From Squalus acanthias (lineage: Eukaryota), in NCBI GenBank assembly GCA_030390025.1, contig JASTWF010000033.1, positions 1,986,001 to 2,050,000 of the forward strand: DNA of 64,000 nt. The letters are read 5' to 3'. Made by a program: the position numbers and the translations under genes. Positions 1 through 11,351 of the stretch are shown here, in pieces (within the stretch, counting starts at the first letter, position 1; each line of letters begins with the position of its first letter). Under the pieces are notes generated by a model. The model saw only the letters and a list, made by a program, of their open reading frames with translations, did not search any database and was not told where the DNA came from.

Positions 1-82
1 ACTATTATATTGAAAAGATCTATTCCATTGTAAAGTGCTATTCCATTGTAAAGGACAATAATAAAATTATATAAATTTACCG

Positions 83-2480
83 CATAGACGGAGGCCATTC
101 GGACCGTCGGGCCCGTGCCAGCTCTCTGCAAGAGAACTTCAACTAGATCCACTCCCCTTCCCTGTCCCCGTAGCTCTGATAATTCTTACTTCACGTACTT
201 ATCCAATTCCCTTTTGAAAGCCACGATTGAATCTGCCTCCACCACTCTTTTCAGGCAGGGCATTCCAGATCATTACCACTCGTTGCATCATTTTTGTTTC
301 CAAATGTCGTCTTTGGTTCTTCTGCCAATCACCTTAAAGCTGTGTCCTGTGGTTCGCGACCCTTCCGCCAATGGGAACAGTTTCGCTCTCTCTACTCTGA
401 CTCTACACCTCATGATTTTGAACACATCTATCAAATCGTCTCTCAAACTTCACTGCTTTAAGGAGAACAACCCCAGCTTCTCCAGTCTATCTATATAACT
501 GAAGTCCCTCATACCTGGAACCATTCTTGTAAATCGTTTCAGAATCCTCACTGAGGTCTTCACATCCTTCCTAAAGTGCGGTCCCATGAATTGTACACAA
601 TGCTGCAGTTGAGACCGAAATAGCGTTTTTTAAAAGTTCATCATAACTTCCGTGCTTTTCTACTCGATGCCTCTATTTATGAAGCCCAGGATCCTGCTTT
701 GTCAACCTACCCTGCCACCTTCAACGATTTGTGCACATATACCCCCAGGTTGCTCTGTTCATGCAAACCCTTCAGAACTGTACCCTTTAGTTTATATTGC
801 CTCTTTTCATTCTTCCTACCGAAATGTATCATTCGCATATTTCTACGTTAAATTTCATCTGCCAGGTGTCCACCGATTCAGTCAGCCTGTCTGTATCTTC
901 TTGAAGTCTATCACTATCCTCCTCACTGTTCACTATACTTCTAAGTTTTGTGTTATCTGCAAATTTTGAAATTGTTCCCTGTATACTCAAGTCCAAGTCA
1001 TTAATATATGTCAAGTAAAGCAGTGATCCTGGTGCCGACCCCTGGGGAACACCACTGCATACTTTCCACCAGTCTGAAAAACAACCGCTCACCACTACTC
1101 TCTGTGTACTGTTACTTAGCCAATTTCGTACCATGCTGCCACTGTCCCTTTTATTCCATGGGCTTCAACTTTCTGGCAAACGTATTATCTGGTACTTTAT
1201 CAAACGCCTTCTGCAAGTCCATGTATCCCACATCAACCGCATTGCCCTCATCAACCCTCTCTGTTACCTCATTAAAAAACGAATCAAGTTAGTTAAACAC
1301 GATTTGCCTTTGACAAATCCGTGCAGGCTTTCCATAGTTAATCCAGAATTGTCCAAGTGACTGTTACTTATGTCCCGGATTATCGTTTCTAAAAGCTTCC
1401 CCACTATCGGGGTTAAACTGGCTGGTCTGTAGTTGCTGGGTTTATCCTTCCAGAATTTTTTGGAACAAGGGTGTAACATTTGCAATTCTCCTTTCCTCTG
1501 GCATCACCCCTGTATCTAAAGAGAATTGGAAGATTATGGCCAGTACCTCCTAAATTTCCACCATTACCTCCCTCAGTATCCTAGGATGCATGCCATCCCG
1601 TCCTGGTGACTTATCTACTTTAAGTACTACTAGCCATTCTACTACCTCCTCTTTACCTATTTTTATCCCATCCAGTATCTCATCTACCTCCTCATTCATT
1701 ATGACTTTGGCAGCATTCCTTCCTTGGTAAAGGCAGATGCAGAGTTTTAATTTTGTACCTCAGCCATGCCCTCTGCTTCCATGCATAGGTCTCCCTTTTG
1801 GTCCCTAAACGGTCCTACCCCTCCTCTTACTACCCGTTTATTATTTATATGCATATACAAGACTTTTGGATTGCATTTCATGTTAGCTGTCAGTCTATTC
1901 TCCTACTCTCTTTTCCCCTCTTATTTCCTTTTTCACTTCAACTCTGAACTTTCTATATTCAGCCTGGTTCTCACTTGTATTCCCAACCAGACATCTGTCA
2001 TACTCCCCCTTTTCCTCCTTCATCTTATTCTCCATCTCTTTCATCATCCAGGGCGCTCTGGCTTTTGTTGCCCTACCGTTCCCCCTTGTGAGAAAGTATC
2101 TCGGCAGTACCCAAACCATCTCCTCTTTAAAGGCAGCCCCTTGTTCAATTACAGTTTTGCCTGCCAATCTTTGATTCCAATTTACCCAGGCCACATCGGT
2201 TCTCAAACCACTTAAATTGGCCTTCCTCCAAATAACTATTTTTACTCTAGATTGCTCCCTGTCATTTTTTAATAGCTAATCTAAAAATTATGATTCTATG
2301 ATCCCTGTTCCCTAAATGTTCCCCTACAGAAATTGCTCCACTTCACCCACCTCATCCCCCAGAAGCAGATTTAGCAATCTCCCCTTCCTCGTTGGGCCGG
2401 AAACATACTAATCAAGAAAGTTCTCCTGAACACACTTCAGAAATTGGTTCCCCTCTCTGCCCTTTACACGATTTCTATCC
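83..2480 (-). mobile_element. Degenerate CR1 LINE (ORF2 RT region plus 3' UTR), frameshifted
   Basis: Minus-strand fragments SGVPQGS..YINDLD..ISKFADNTKL (829-1134), NYRPASLTPIVGKLLE..HGFVKGKSCLTNL (1264-1485) and APWM (1895-2206). A CR1-type 3' tail lies near 83-125. Boundaries are approximate. Confidence 0.9.
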
Positions 2481-2539
2481 CAGTATATATTAGGATATTT
2501 GAAGACCTCTTTTTATGTCCTCTATTTCTAATTGAAAAG

Positions 2540-2768
2540 TTACCGTGTACCTCTTTCTTCCCCATTCTCTATTTCCAAATAAACAGTCACCGTGTTCCGC
2601 TAAATTTCCAAGTCGTCTATTTCTATTTAAACAGTTGTTGTGTTCCCCATAATGGTCCTGTCCGATATATCTAACTAAACAATTACCGTGTCTTCCTTAC
2701 TCCCCCTATTCTCTGTTTCTAATTAAACAGTTACCGTGTTCCCCTTACCTCCCCTGTTCTCTGTTTCA
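2540..2768. repeat. Short degenerate tandem repeat (..taaacagttaccgtgttcccc..ttctctgtttc.., ~4-5 copies)
   Basis: The motif aaacagttaccgtgt / ttctctatttc recurs at ~45-50 bp spacing. Confidence 0.55.
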
Positions 2769-4385
2769 AAGAAACATAGAAACATAGAAGATAGGAGCAG
2801 GAGTAGGCCATTCGGCCCCTCGAACCTGCTCCGCCATTTAATGAGATCATGGCTGATCATCCAAACTCAGTACCCTGTCCCTGCTTTCTCCCCATATCTC
2901 TGGATTCCTTTAGCCTTAAGAAATATATCTAGCTCCTTTAATATATTTAATGAATTGACTTCTAATACCTTCTGTGGTAGAGAATTCCACAGGTTCACCA
3001 GTCTCTGGAGGAAGAAATTCCTCCTCATCTCAGTCCTCATCCTCATCCCTTATCCTTAGTCTGTGACCCCTGGTTCTGGACTCCCCCACCATCGGGAACA
3101 TCCTTCCTGCATCTAGTCTGCCTAGTCCTGTTAGAATTTTATAAGTTTCAATGAGATCCCCTCTCATTCTCTAAACTCTAGCGAATATAAGCCTAATCGA
3201 CCCAATCTCACCTCATATGTCATTCCTGCCATCCCAGGTATCAGTCTTCACTACACTCTCTCCATGGCAAGAACATCCTTCCTCAGATAAGGCGACCAAA
3301 ACTGCACACAATACTCAAGGTGTGATCTCACCAAGGCCTTATACAACTGCAGCAAGACATCCTTGTTCCTGTACTCGAATCGTCTCGCTATGAAGGCCAT
3401 CATACCATTTGCCTTCTGAACCGCATGCTGCACCTGCATGCTTACCTTCAGCGACTGGTGCACAAGGACTCCCAGGTCTCGTTGCACTTCCCCTTTTCCC
3501 AATCTATTGCCGTTCAGATAATAATATGCCTTCCTGTTTTTGCCACTGAAGTGGATAACCTCGCAATTATTCACATTATACTGCATTTGCCATGCATCGG
3601 CCCAATCACCCAACCAGTCCAAATCATACTGGAGTTTCTCTGCATCCTTCTCACAGCACACACACCCTCCCAGCTTTATGTCATCTACCAACGTGGAGAT
3701 ATTGCAGCCAGTTACCTCGTCCAGATCATTTATATATATTGTGAATAGCTGGGTTCCTAGCATCGATCCCTGCGGTACCCCACTAGTCACTGCCTGCCAC
3801 TCGGAAAAAGACCCGTTTATTCCAACTCTTTGCTTCCTGCCTGGCAACCAGTTTTCTATCCAAGGCAGTACCTTACCCCCAGTCCCATGTGCTTTAAATT
3901 TGCTTGCTAATCTCTTATGCCAGACCTTATCGAAAGCCTTCTGAAAGTCAAAATACACCACATCCACTGGTTCTCCCTTATCTATTCCACCAGTTACATC
4001 CTCAAAAAATTCCAGTAGATTAGTCAAGCATGATTTACCTTTTGTAAATCCATGTTGAATTTGTCCGATCCTGTCACTGTTTTCCAAGTGCTCTGCTATT
4101 ACATCTTTTATAATGGACTCTAGCATTTTTCCCACTACCGATGTCAGAATTACAGGTCTATGATTCCCCGTTTTCTCTCGACCACCTTTTTTAAATAGTG
4201 GGGTTACATTAGCAACCCTCCAATCCATGGGAACTGTTCCAGAGTCGATAGAATTTTGGAAGATGACCAGCAATGCATCTACTATTTCTTGGGCCACTTC
4301 CTCACATGCCCTCGGATGTAGATTATCAGGCCCTGGGGATTTATCGGCCTTCAAGCCCATCAATTTCCCTAACACCGTTTCCCTA
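2769..4385 (-). mobile_element. CR1 LINE 3' portion (RT domain plus agaaacat tail), cut off at the ERV-A LTR
   Basis: ORF 3251-4375 [32 protein letters not shown]. The tail (agaaacat)n is at 2769-2790. The sequence stops abruptly at the LTR end (4386). Confidence 0.93.
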
Positions 4386-5417
4386 TGTAAGTGTTTTTTG
4401 ATCCTAGCACAATTGCTAGATGGACGGTTCGAATCGCCCCCGCCTTACGATAGTTCTATATCCGGGAATTATTATTTAGAGTGTAAATGAAATAAGTCAC
4501 GGACAGGAATGCTCAGTGAAAAATCAAACTTATATTTATTTGGTCTAACATACACTGGCTAAAACGTGCACTACTAAACGAAATCACTGTCTCTGTGCAG
4601 AATAAAATCCAGGTTACAAACAATATACATACAGTACAAAACTGAGGACTATGACAAGCAGCAATTCCCTTGTTGCTACGGTGGACTCTAATTCCACCCC
4701 TAACAACGAATTACTCAGTCGCATAAGCCCCTTTGCCTGGCTGAACCAAACAAAGCTCCCACCCCGGAATAGCCCAAAAGCTTCACGTCTGAGAAACTCT
4801 GAGCCCTCTGGTTACCGGCTTGGGACACTCGAGACCATGCTTACCCCCACACACAGTCCGTCTCGATCGCTCCGCTTAGCTGCTTCTTCCTCTGGTACTT
4901 ATTGTTAGGTCGATCTTGTTGGGGCGAGAGCGAGACAGAGAGAGAGAGAGATGGTGGGAAAGGATCTATCTTTATTGGAGTCTTGCTACCCCTATCTTTC
5001 CCGCCAATCTTTAAAATCCTTTTGTTTCTAAGCACTCCAGTGCTTAATCAGTAATGGGACATCATCAGACCCATGTGTACTCCGTGTTTGTACTAATGGC
5101 CCTAAGTCTGAGACACAATTCGGTCTTTGTGTTGGGAAAAATTGGCTCCTCTCCGGCTGGCTAGGCCAGTGGGTTCATTGTTCTGCTTAATTTCTGAGAT
5201 GGAGGTGAGAAGTGCTTTTGCATATTCTGGATGACTGACAGTTCTTTCGTCACAGCCAACTGCCATGCATTCTCTGGAGTTTTAACAAACCACTTTTTCA
5301 CATATTTACACAGGTTGATCCCATCACAGGGAAAATATCCTCAGAAAAATCCCATAATATCCACAAAATATTCTCGATTGAGTCCATTCTTCAAACAGAT
5401 ACTTTGCGATCTCTTCA
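4386..5417 (-). repeat. ERV-A 3' LTR (TG...CA, 1032 bp)
   Basis: Minus strand begins TGAAGAGATCG at 5417 and ends ..CACTTACA at 4386. Homologous to 15637-16667 (about 10 differences in a 130-bp stretch I compared near the left end). Confidence 0.93.
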
Positions 5418-5428
5418 GTCCCCCGTTT
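5418..5428 (-). promoter_or_regulatory. Polypurine tract of ERV-A (AAACGGGGGAC abutting the 3' LTR TG)
   Basis: Purine-rich run on the minus strand directly before the 3' LTR. It is absent next to the 5' LTR. Confidence 0.75.
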
Positions 5429-5694
5429 GATGCTTGTCTTTCCACAAAGCATCACTTGGTGAGAGAGCAAATCCAAAGTCTCCCACAAGTGAAGCTATTT
5501 CCCTGATTTTACATTTTAACCCCTGAACTGCACCCCTTACTGCGTGTCATAGTTCCTTTCTACCGAGTCAAAACATCAGCGAAACGGCTTCAGAACACAT
5601 TCAAACGGCTGGGTTCCAATTCCCACCGACAAACTTCAATTCAAAATACAGAAAATTAATAAGATCCACAGGACGTTAACAAAAGGTCACCGCG

Positions 5695-7009
5695 CACATC
5701 ACACAGTACAGCATTGACAGGTGGTAACACATTACAAAAATACAACAGCGCACATCACAAAGTACAGCATTGACAGGTGGTAACACATTACAAAAATACA
5801 ACAGCGCACATCACACAGTACAGCATTGACAGGTGGTAACACATTACAAAAATACAACAGCACACATCACACAGTACAGCATTGACAGGTGGTAACACAT
5901 TACAAAAATACAACCGCGCACATCACACAGTACAGCACTGACAGGTTGTAACACATTACAAAAATACAACCGTGCACATCACACAGTACAGCATTGACAG
6001 GTGGTAACACGTTACAAAAATACAACCACGCACATCACACAGTACAGCATTGACAGGTGGTAACACATTACAAAAATACAACAGCAGACATCACACAGTA
6101 CAGCATTGACAGGTGGTAACACATTACAAAAATACAACAGCGCACGTCGCACAATACAGCATTGACAGATGGTAACACATTACAAAAATACAACTGCACA
6201 CATCACACAGTACAGCATTGACAGGTGGTAACACATTACAAAAATACAACAGCCAACATCACACAGTACAGCATTGACAGGTGGTAACACATTACAAAAA
6301 TACAACAGCGTACATCACACAGTACATGATGTGGAGATGCCGGCGTTGGACTGGGGTGGACAAAAATGAGAAGTCGCACAACACCAGGTTATAGTCCAAC
6401 AGATTTATTTAATTTTACAAGCTTTCGGAGCTGTTCGCTCCTTCCTCAGGTAGAGTAGCAGTAGAGTAGCGATATCGGGTTCATGTCACGATACAGAACG
6501 TGAATTGACATCATGGCCGGTCTTTCCAGGTGTTTTTTTTTAAAAAAGACTAACACAAGAACCAACACAAATTGACAGGATATGCAGCCAGCAGGTGTTT
6601 TGACACGTTGGACCCCCTGGGACACATCTCATTGTCTTGGCTGTGCTCTTAGTGTGTCTTTGATGTAGGGAAAGATTTGAATAGATTTTTTCTGTGTTTA
6701 TATTGTGAATTCTGGGAGATTCTCTCACTGCTACTCTACCTGAGGAAGGAGCGAACAGCTCCGAAAGCTTGTAAAATTCAATAAATCTGTTGGACTATAA
6801 CCTGGTGTTGTGCGACTTCTCATTTTTATCACACAGTACAGCATTGACAGGTGGTAACACATTACAATAATGCAACAGCGCACATCGCACAGTACAGCAT
6901 TGACAGGTGGTAACACATTACAATAATGCAACAGCGCACATCGCACAGTACAGCATTGACAGGTGGTAACACATTACAAAAATGCAACATCCCACATCAC
7001 ACAGTACAG
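5695..7009. repeat. 56-bp tandem repeat in the ERV-A 3' UTR (~11 + ~3 copies, split by an insertion)
   Basis: Unit cacatcacacagtacagcattgacaggtggtaacacattacaaaaatacaacagcg. Period 56 (5695 to 5751). Confidence 0.95.
6327..6827. mobile_element. 501-bp non-autonomous Penelope-like insertion with 100-bp inverted repeats containing minimal hammerhead-ribozyme cores
   Basis: Inverted arms 6362-6461 and 6728-6827 (1 mismatch). Each has CTGAGGA-A-GGAGC-gaaca-GCTCC-GAAA-GCTTG. A 13-bp duplication atcacacagtaca flanks it (6314-6326 and 6828-6840). Confidence 0.7.
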
Positions 7010-7120
7010 AGTGTAAAACTATAACCAGAATACAATACACTTGCTTACAGAACCTTGGTACATTACAAGTTTTTGCAGGGAGAAACCATCATCAACATAA
7101 ATCAATGACACCTTTCCGGA

Positions 7121-8394
7121 TCAATCTAACACCCCTTGCCACCGCGCTCGGAGCATCTGGCTCCATCGCCTGCAGCTGGTGTACAACAAGTAGCTTACAA
7201 TCAACAATTGTATGATAACTAATGCATGGGAACAGATGCGGATCCAGGGAGGAATCTCGATACTCAGACCGATGTCCCACCATGGTGGCGAGACAATCCC
7301 CTTGATCTCCTCACCCACTTCTACTGTCTTTTGCTCCAAAGTGTAAAAATATTTCTGGGAGAGTTCAACGGTCTTTATTAACTCAGTGAGATGTTCTGGC
7401 AGAAAAGGAATCGTTCCAGGTCCCTATTCTCTGCCTCCCGGATCCCACACTGTCCACAACATTCAGATTATAAAGCTGTTCTTTCTCTACATTTCCATAG
7501 TCCAGTTCATAAAATATCCTGAAACATCGCTTTTAACAGAGCTTCATAAAGCTTCTCCGTCTTCCTTGGACACCACACAGGACTTCAGTCAGGTTCAGGG
7601 TCACGGATGCCACGGCGTAGAGCACGTTCTGAAACAACACTTTGTCAGTCGGGATTAACACCAACCCATTCCCTGGACCCCTGGTGGTGGTGGGACACCC
7701 ATCTACAGCCGACTGTACCGTCGGGGCTCTGGGCGGGGGCTTCCTGGTGTATGAGATGAGCTCTGTGGCGTTGATGGTATTCGGGGGTTTTGGGATCACA
7801 CAGGAGTCCACACTCCGATCCCAACCGATCCCACCCCCGGTGTCCTGCTAAATGCCATCGACACACCCGCTGGGCAGATCTTTTCCGACCCCCACATACA
7901 CACATAAAGCGCTTCCTCGGATTCCCACCACTTTTCCCAACACACATTCACTCCTCCCTGAGAACCCGTGATCGTCCGGTACGTGTCATTACTTAGTCTT
8001 TCCCAGTCAGCTGTCTGGTCCCCTGTATCCACGCTCAGTTTCCTGAGCCACCACCACCTTCCCAGTGGAATGTGCCCCTACAGCTAAGGCACACCCATTT
8101 ACCCTCTGTTACCCTAACCCGGGAGGTAGTAACCCCTATTCTCCGGCATGGGATGGATGCTTCACCATGGATGAACTTGTCATGGCTGGAATACCGGGTG
8201 GAATTCGACCCCAGCCATCCAGGCCATCTTCCCTCGTGGAGATAGACGCTCGCCCCATCCTTTGAGCCACCTCCAGTGGTCACGGTCGGTCCGTCTCCGC
8301 CGGTGCAGCCGAAGATAACCGATTCCTCGGTGTCGCCCCTGTGACTCGCGCTGGCTTCAATCCTGACGCTCAGGACTACCATGGCTGACTTCAT
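7121..8394 (-). pseudogene. env: ERV-A env (signal peptide, Ig-like domain, Pro/Thr-rich linker, degenerate furin site, large internal deletion, TM anchor), frameshifted
   Basis: ATG at 8394 (MKSAMVVLSV..) follows a splice acceptor ttttcag at 8413. VRVTEGKWVCLSC..W..EEALYVC; GLVLIPTDKVLFQNV; GRQRIGTWND; TM WIRICSHALVIIQLLIVSYLLY. Collinear with the ERV-B env. Confidence 0.85.
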
Positions 8395-8619
8395 CTTGTT
8401 CTTAGGCGTTCCCTGAAAAGACACAGAATGCAACGTTGTCCTTGGGTGATGCCTCACCTTTCCAGACGCAGCTACACACGATTACATTTGGTATCCACAA
8501 CATACATGTAAATCCAAACTATACAGACAAGCTAAGGCAACAGACAGGAGAGAAAGAGGTTATGTACAGCGCCACCCGTCTCCGGGTGGCCACACTAGGT
8601 CTACTCGACCCTGGGCCTC

Positions 8620-9936
8620 TTACGACTCCGGCTTCCTTCGTTCAACGGTGTGTAAGGAGACGTCCACGGCACCCTCGGCACTCCTGGCACTCCTCTTCAC
8701 TCCTGCCCCCACAGGCGGCACGACCGGTCCCTCTGTGGGCTCCTCACAGTCCCAGATTATGGGCTGGAGACCCACACCTGTAGCGCAGCACACCACTCCC
8801 TGCTGTTTCCTCCTCTTATCAGCTCTTTCCCCAGGGTTGAAAAGCTTGCACTGATTGATATGGAACCACTTAGTGCGTCGAGGCATTTTAATCGCATATA
8901 CCATCGGACTTGCAATATCCACGATACTGTACTGTCCCATGTATAGCGGTTCAAAAGTCCCTACCCTGGAGAAGTTTCTAACCATTACTTGATCTCCGAC
9001 CTTCCACTCGTGGTGCCTCTGAGGCTCAAGCAATAAGCGATTTCTACGATGTTGCTTCCCCATGTTACTGGCAGCCTGCCAATGGACCTGTCTGAGATGC
9101 TCAAACAAATTCTTAACAAACCTGTCCCGGTTCATCTCTCTCAACTGACTTTCCGTGAGAACCGGTGCCAGTACATGGCTGGGCGTTCTCATGACCCTGC
9201 CAGTCACGAGCTCATGCGGGGAATGCCCTGTGCTTCTAGACGGGCTGGCTCGGACCCCCATCAGAACTAACGGCAAGACCTCTGCCCATTTTCTAGGCGA
9301 GTCTCCTGTCTCCCACCATAACCTTTCCTTGATGGTCCTATTCATCCGCTCCACAATCCCCGATGACTGCGGGTTGTGTGCGACGTGCCATTTACCCTCT
9401 ACACCAGTCTGCACCTGACATCTTCAGAGTCGCCTGCATGGCTGCCCCTGTGAAGTGACTCCCCTGATCGGACTCCACATACCGTGTCAGCCCCCTCCTC
9501 GAGAACACTTCTCTCACTAGAATCTTTGCGGTCCACAAAGCTGTGGCTGTTCGGCATGGGAAGGCTTCTACCCATTTAGTGAACACATCCACCAGGAGCA
9601 GGCAGTACTTGTAACCCCTCTGTCTGGTGGGCAGCGGTCCGAAATAATCGACCTGTATGGACTGCCATGGTCCCTCCACTCTCCTAGTGTGTCCCATGGA
9701 TACCTTCCTTTTTTGGGGGTCAAGGTTGTTTGCAGCACACACCAAGCAATCCGCGCAGAAGTCGCGGACGTCCTCCCTCAGTTGCAGCCACCACCTGCCT
9801 GTTCCACCCGTTCCCAGAAGGTCTCCGGCCCGGGCTGCCCCGCTCCTGGACCCTCGTGGGCCAAATGAAGGAATTCTCTCCGGTGCTGCTGCGGAACTGC
9901 CCACTGTTCCCCTCTGAAAACCATCCCTTCCTTTAG
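8620..9936 (-). pseudogene. pol: ERV-A integrase (zinc-binding CxxC, DDE core, GPY/F-like C-terminus), frameshifted
   Basis: WW..DFCADCLVC; WQSIQVDYFGPLP; VESDQGSHF; NPQSSGIVERMNRTIKE; EPLYMGQYSIV. Confidence 0.95.
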
Positions 9937-11351
9937 AGTCATAGAGTTATACAGCACAGAAAGAGGCCCTTCGGCCCATCGTGTCCGCGCCGGCCATCAA
10001 GCCCTGTCTATTCTAATCCCATTTTACAGCACTTGGTCCGTAGCCTTGTATGCTATGGCGTTTCAAGTGCTCATCTAAATGCTTCTTTAATGTTGTGAAG
10101 GTTCCTGCCTGTACCCCCCTTTCAGGCAGTGAGTTCCAGATTCCAGCCACCCTCTGGGTGAAAAAGTTTATCCTCAAAGCCCCTCTAAACCTCCTGCCCC
10201 TTCCCTTGAAACTATGCCCCCTGGTTATTGACCCCTCTACTAAGGGAAAACGTTCCTTTCTATCTACCCTATCTATGCCCCTCATAATTGTGTACACCTC
10301 AATCAGGTCCCCGCTCAGCCTTCTCTGCTCTAATGAAAACAACCCCAGCCTGTCCAGTCTCTCTTCATAGCTGAAGTGCTCCAGCCCAGGTAACATTCTG
10401 GTGAATCTCCTCTGCAGCCTCTCCAATGAACTCACATCCTTCCTATAGTGTGGCGACCAGAACTGCACACAGTATTCCAGCTGTGGCCTAACTACCGTTT
10501 TGTACAGCTCCATCATAACCTCCCTGCTCTTATATTCTATGCCTCGGCTAATGAAGGCAAGTTTCCCATATGCCTTTTTAACCACCTTATCATCCTGTCC
10601 TGCTGCCTTCCGGGATCTATGTGCATGCTCACCAAGGTACCTCTGATCCTCTGTCCTTCCTCGGGTCCTACCATTCATTGTGTATTCCCTTGCCTTGTTA
10701 GTCTTCCCAAAATGCATCACCTCACACTTTTCAGGGTTAAATTCCATTTGCCACTGTTCTGCTCATCTAACAAACCCCTCTATATCGTCCTGTAGCCGGA
10801 GGCTTCCGTCCTCACTATTTACCATCCCACCAATTTTCGTGTCATCTGCAAACTTACTGATCATACCTCCTACATTCATATCTAAATCATTAATGTACAC
10901 TACAAACAGCAAAGGAACCAGCATTGGACACAGGCTTCCAGTCACAAAAACAACCTTCGAACATCACCCTGTGCCTCCTGCCACTAAGCCAATTTTGGAT
11001 CAAAGGTGCCAAGTTGCACTGGATCCCATGGGCTTTTACCTTCTTGACCAGTCTCCCATGCGGGACTTTGTCAAAAGCCTTACTGAAGTCCATGTAGACT
11101 ACATCAACTGCACTACCCTCATCCATACACCTAGTCACCCCCTCTAAAAATTCAATCAAATTGGTCAGACATGATCTCCCCCTGACAAAGCCATGATGAT
11201 TATCCTTGATTAATCCTTGACTCTCCAAGTGGAGACTATTTCTGTCCCTCAGAATTTTTTCCAATAATTTCCCTACCACTGATGTTATGCTCACTGGCCT
11301 GTAAGTCCCTGGTTTATCCCTACTACCCTTCTTGAATAATGGTACTACGTA
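9937..11351 (-). mobile_element. 5'-truncated CR1 inserted into ERV-A pol between RNase H and integrase, 5-bp TSD
   Basis: RT/C-terminal CR1 ORFs at 10013-11294. TTTAG is duplicated at 9932-9936 and 11352-11356. Removing the insert restores pol (..AGISLKEGMVFRG..). Confidence 0.92.

Noticed and set aside
115..4490. Numerous plus-strand ORFs over CR1 copies (also elsewhere in the window)
   Set aside because: Antisense shadows of CR1 ORF2 that recur at every copy.
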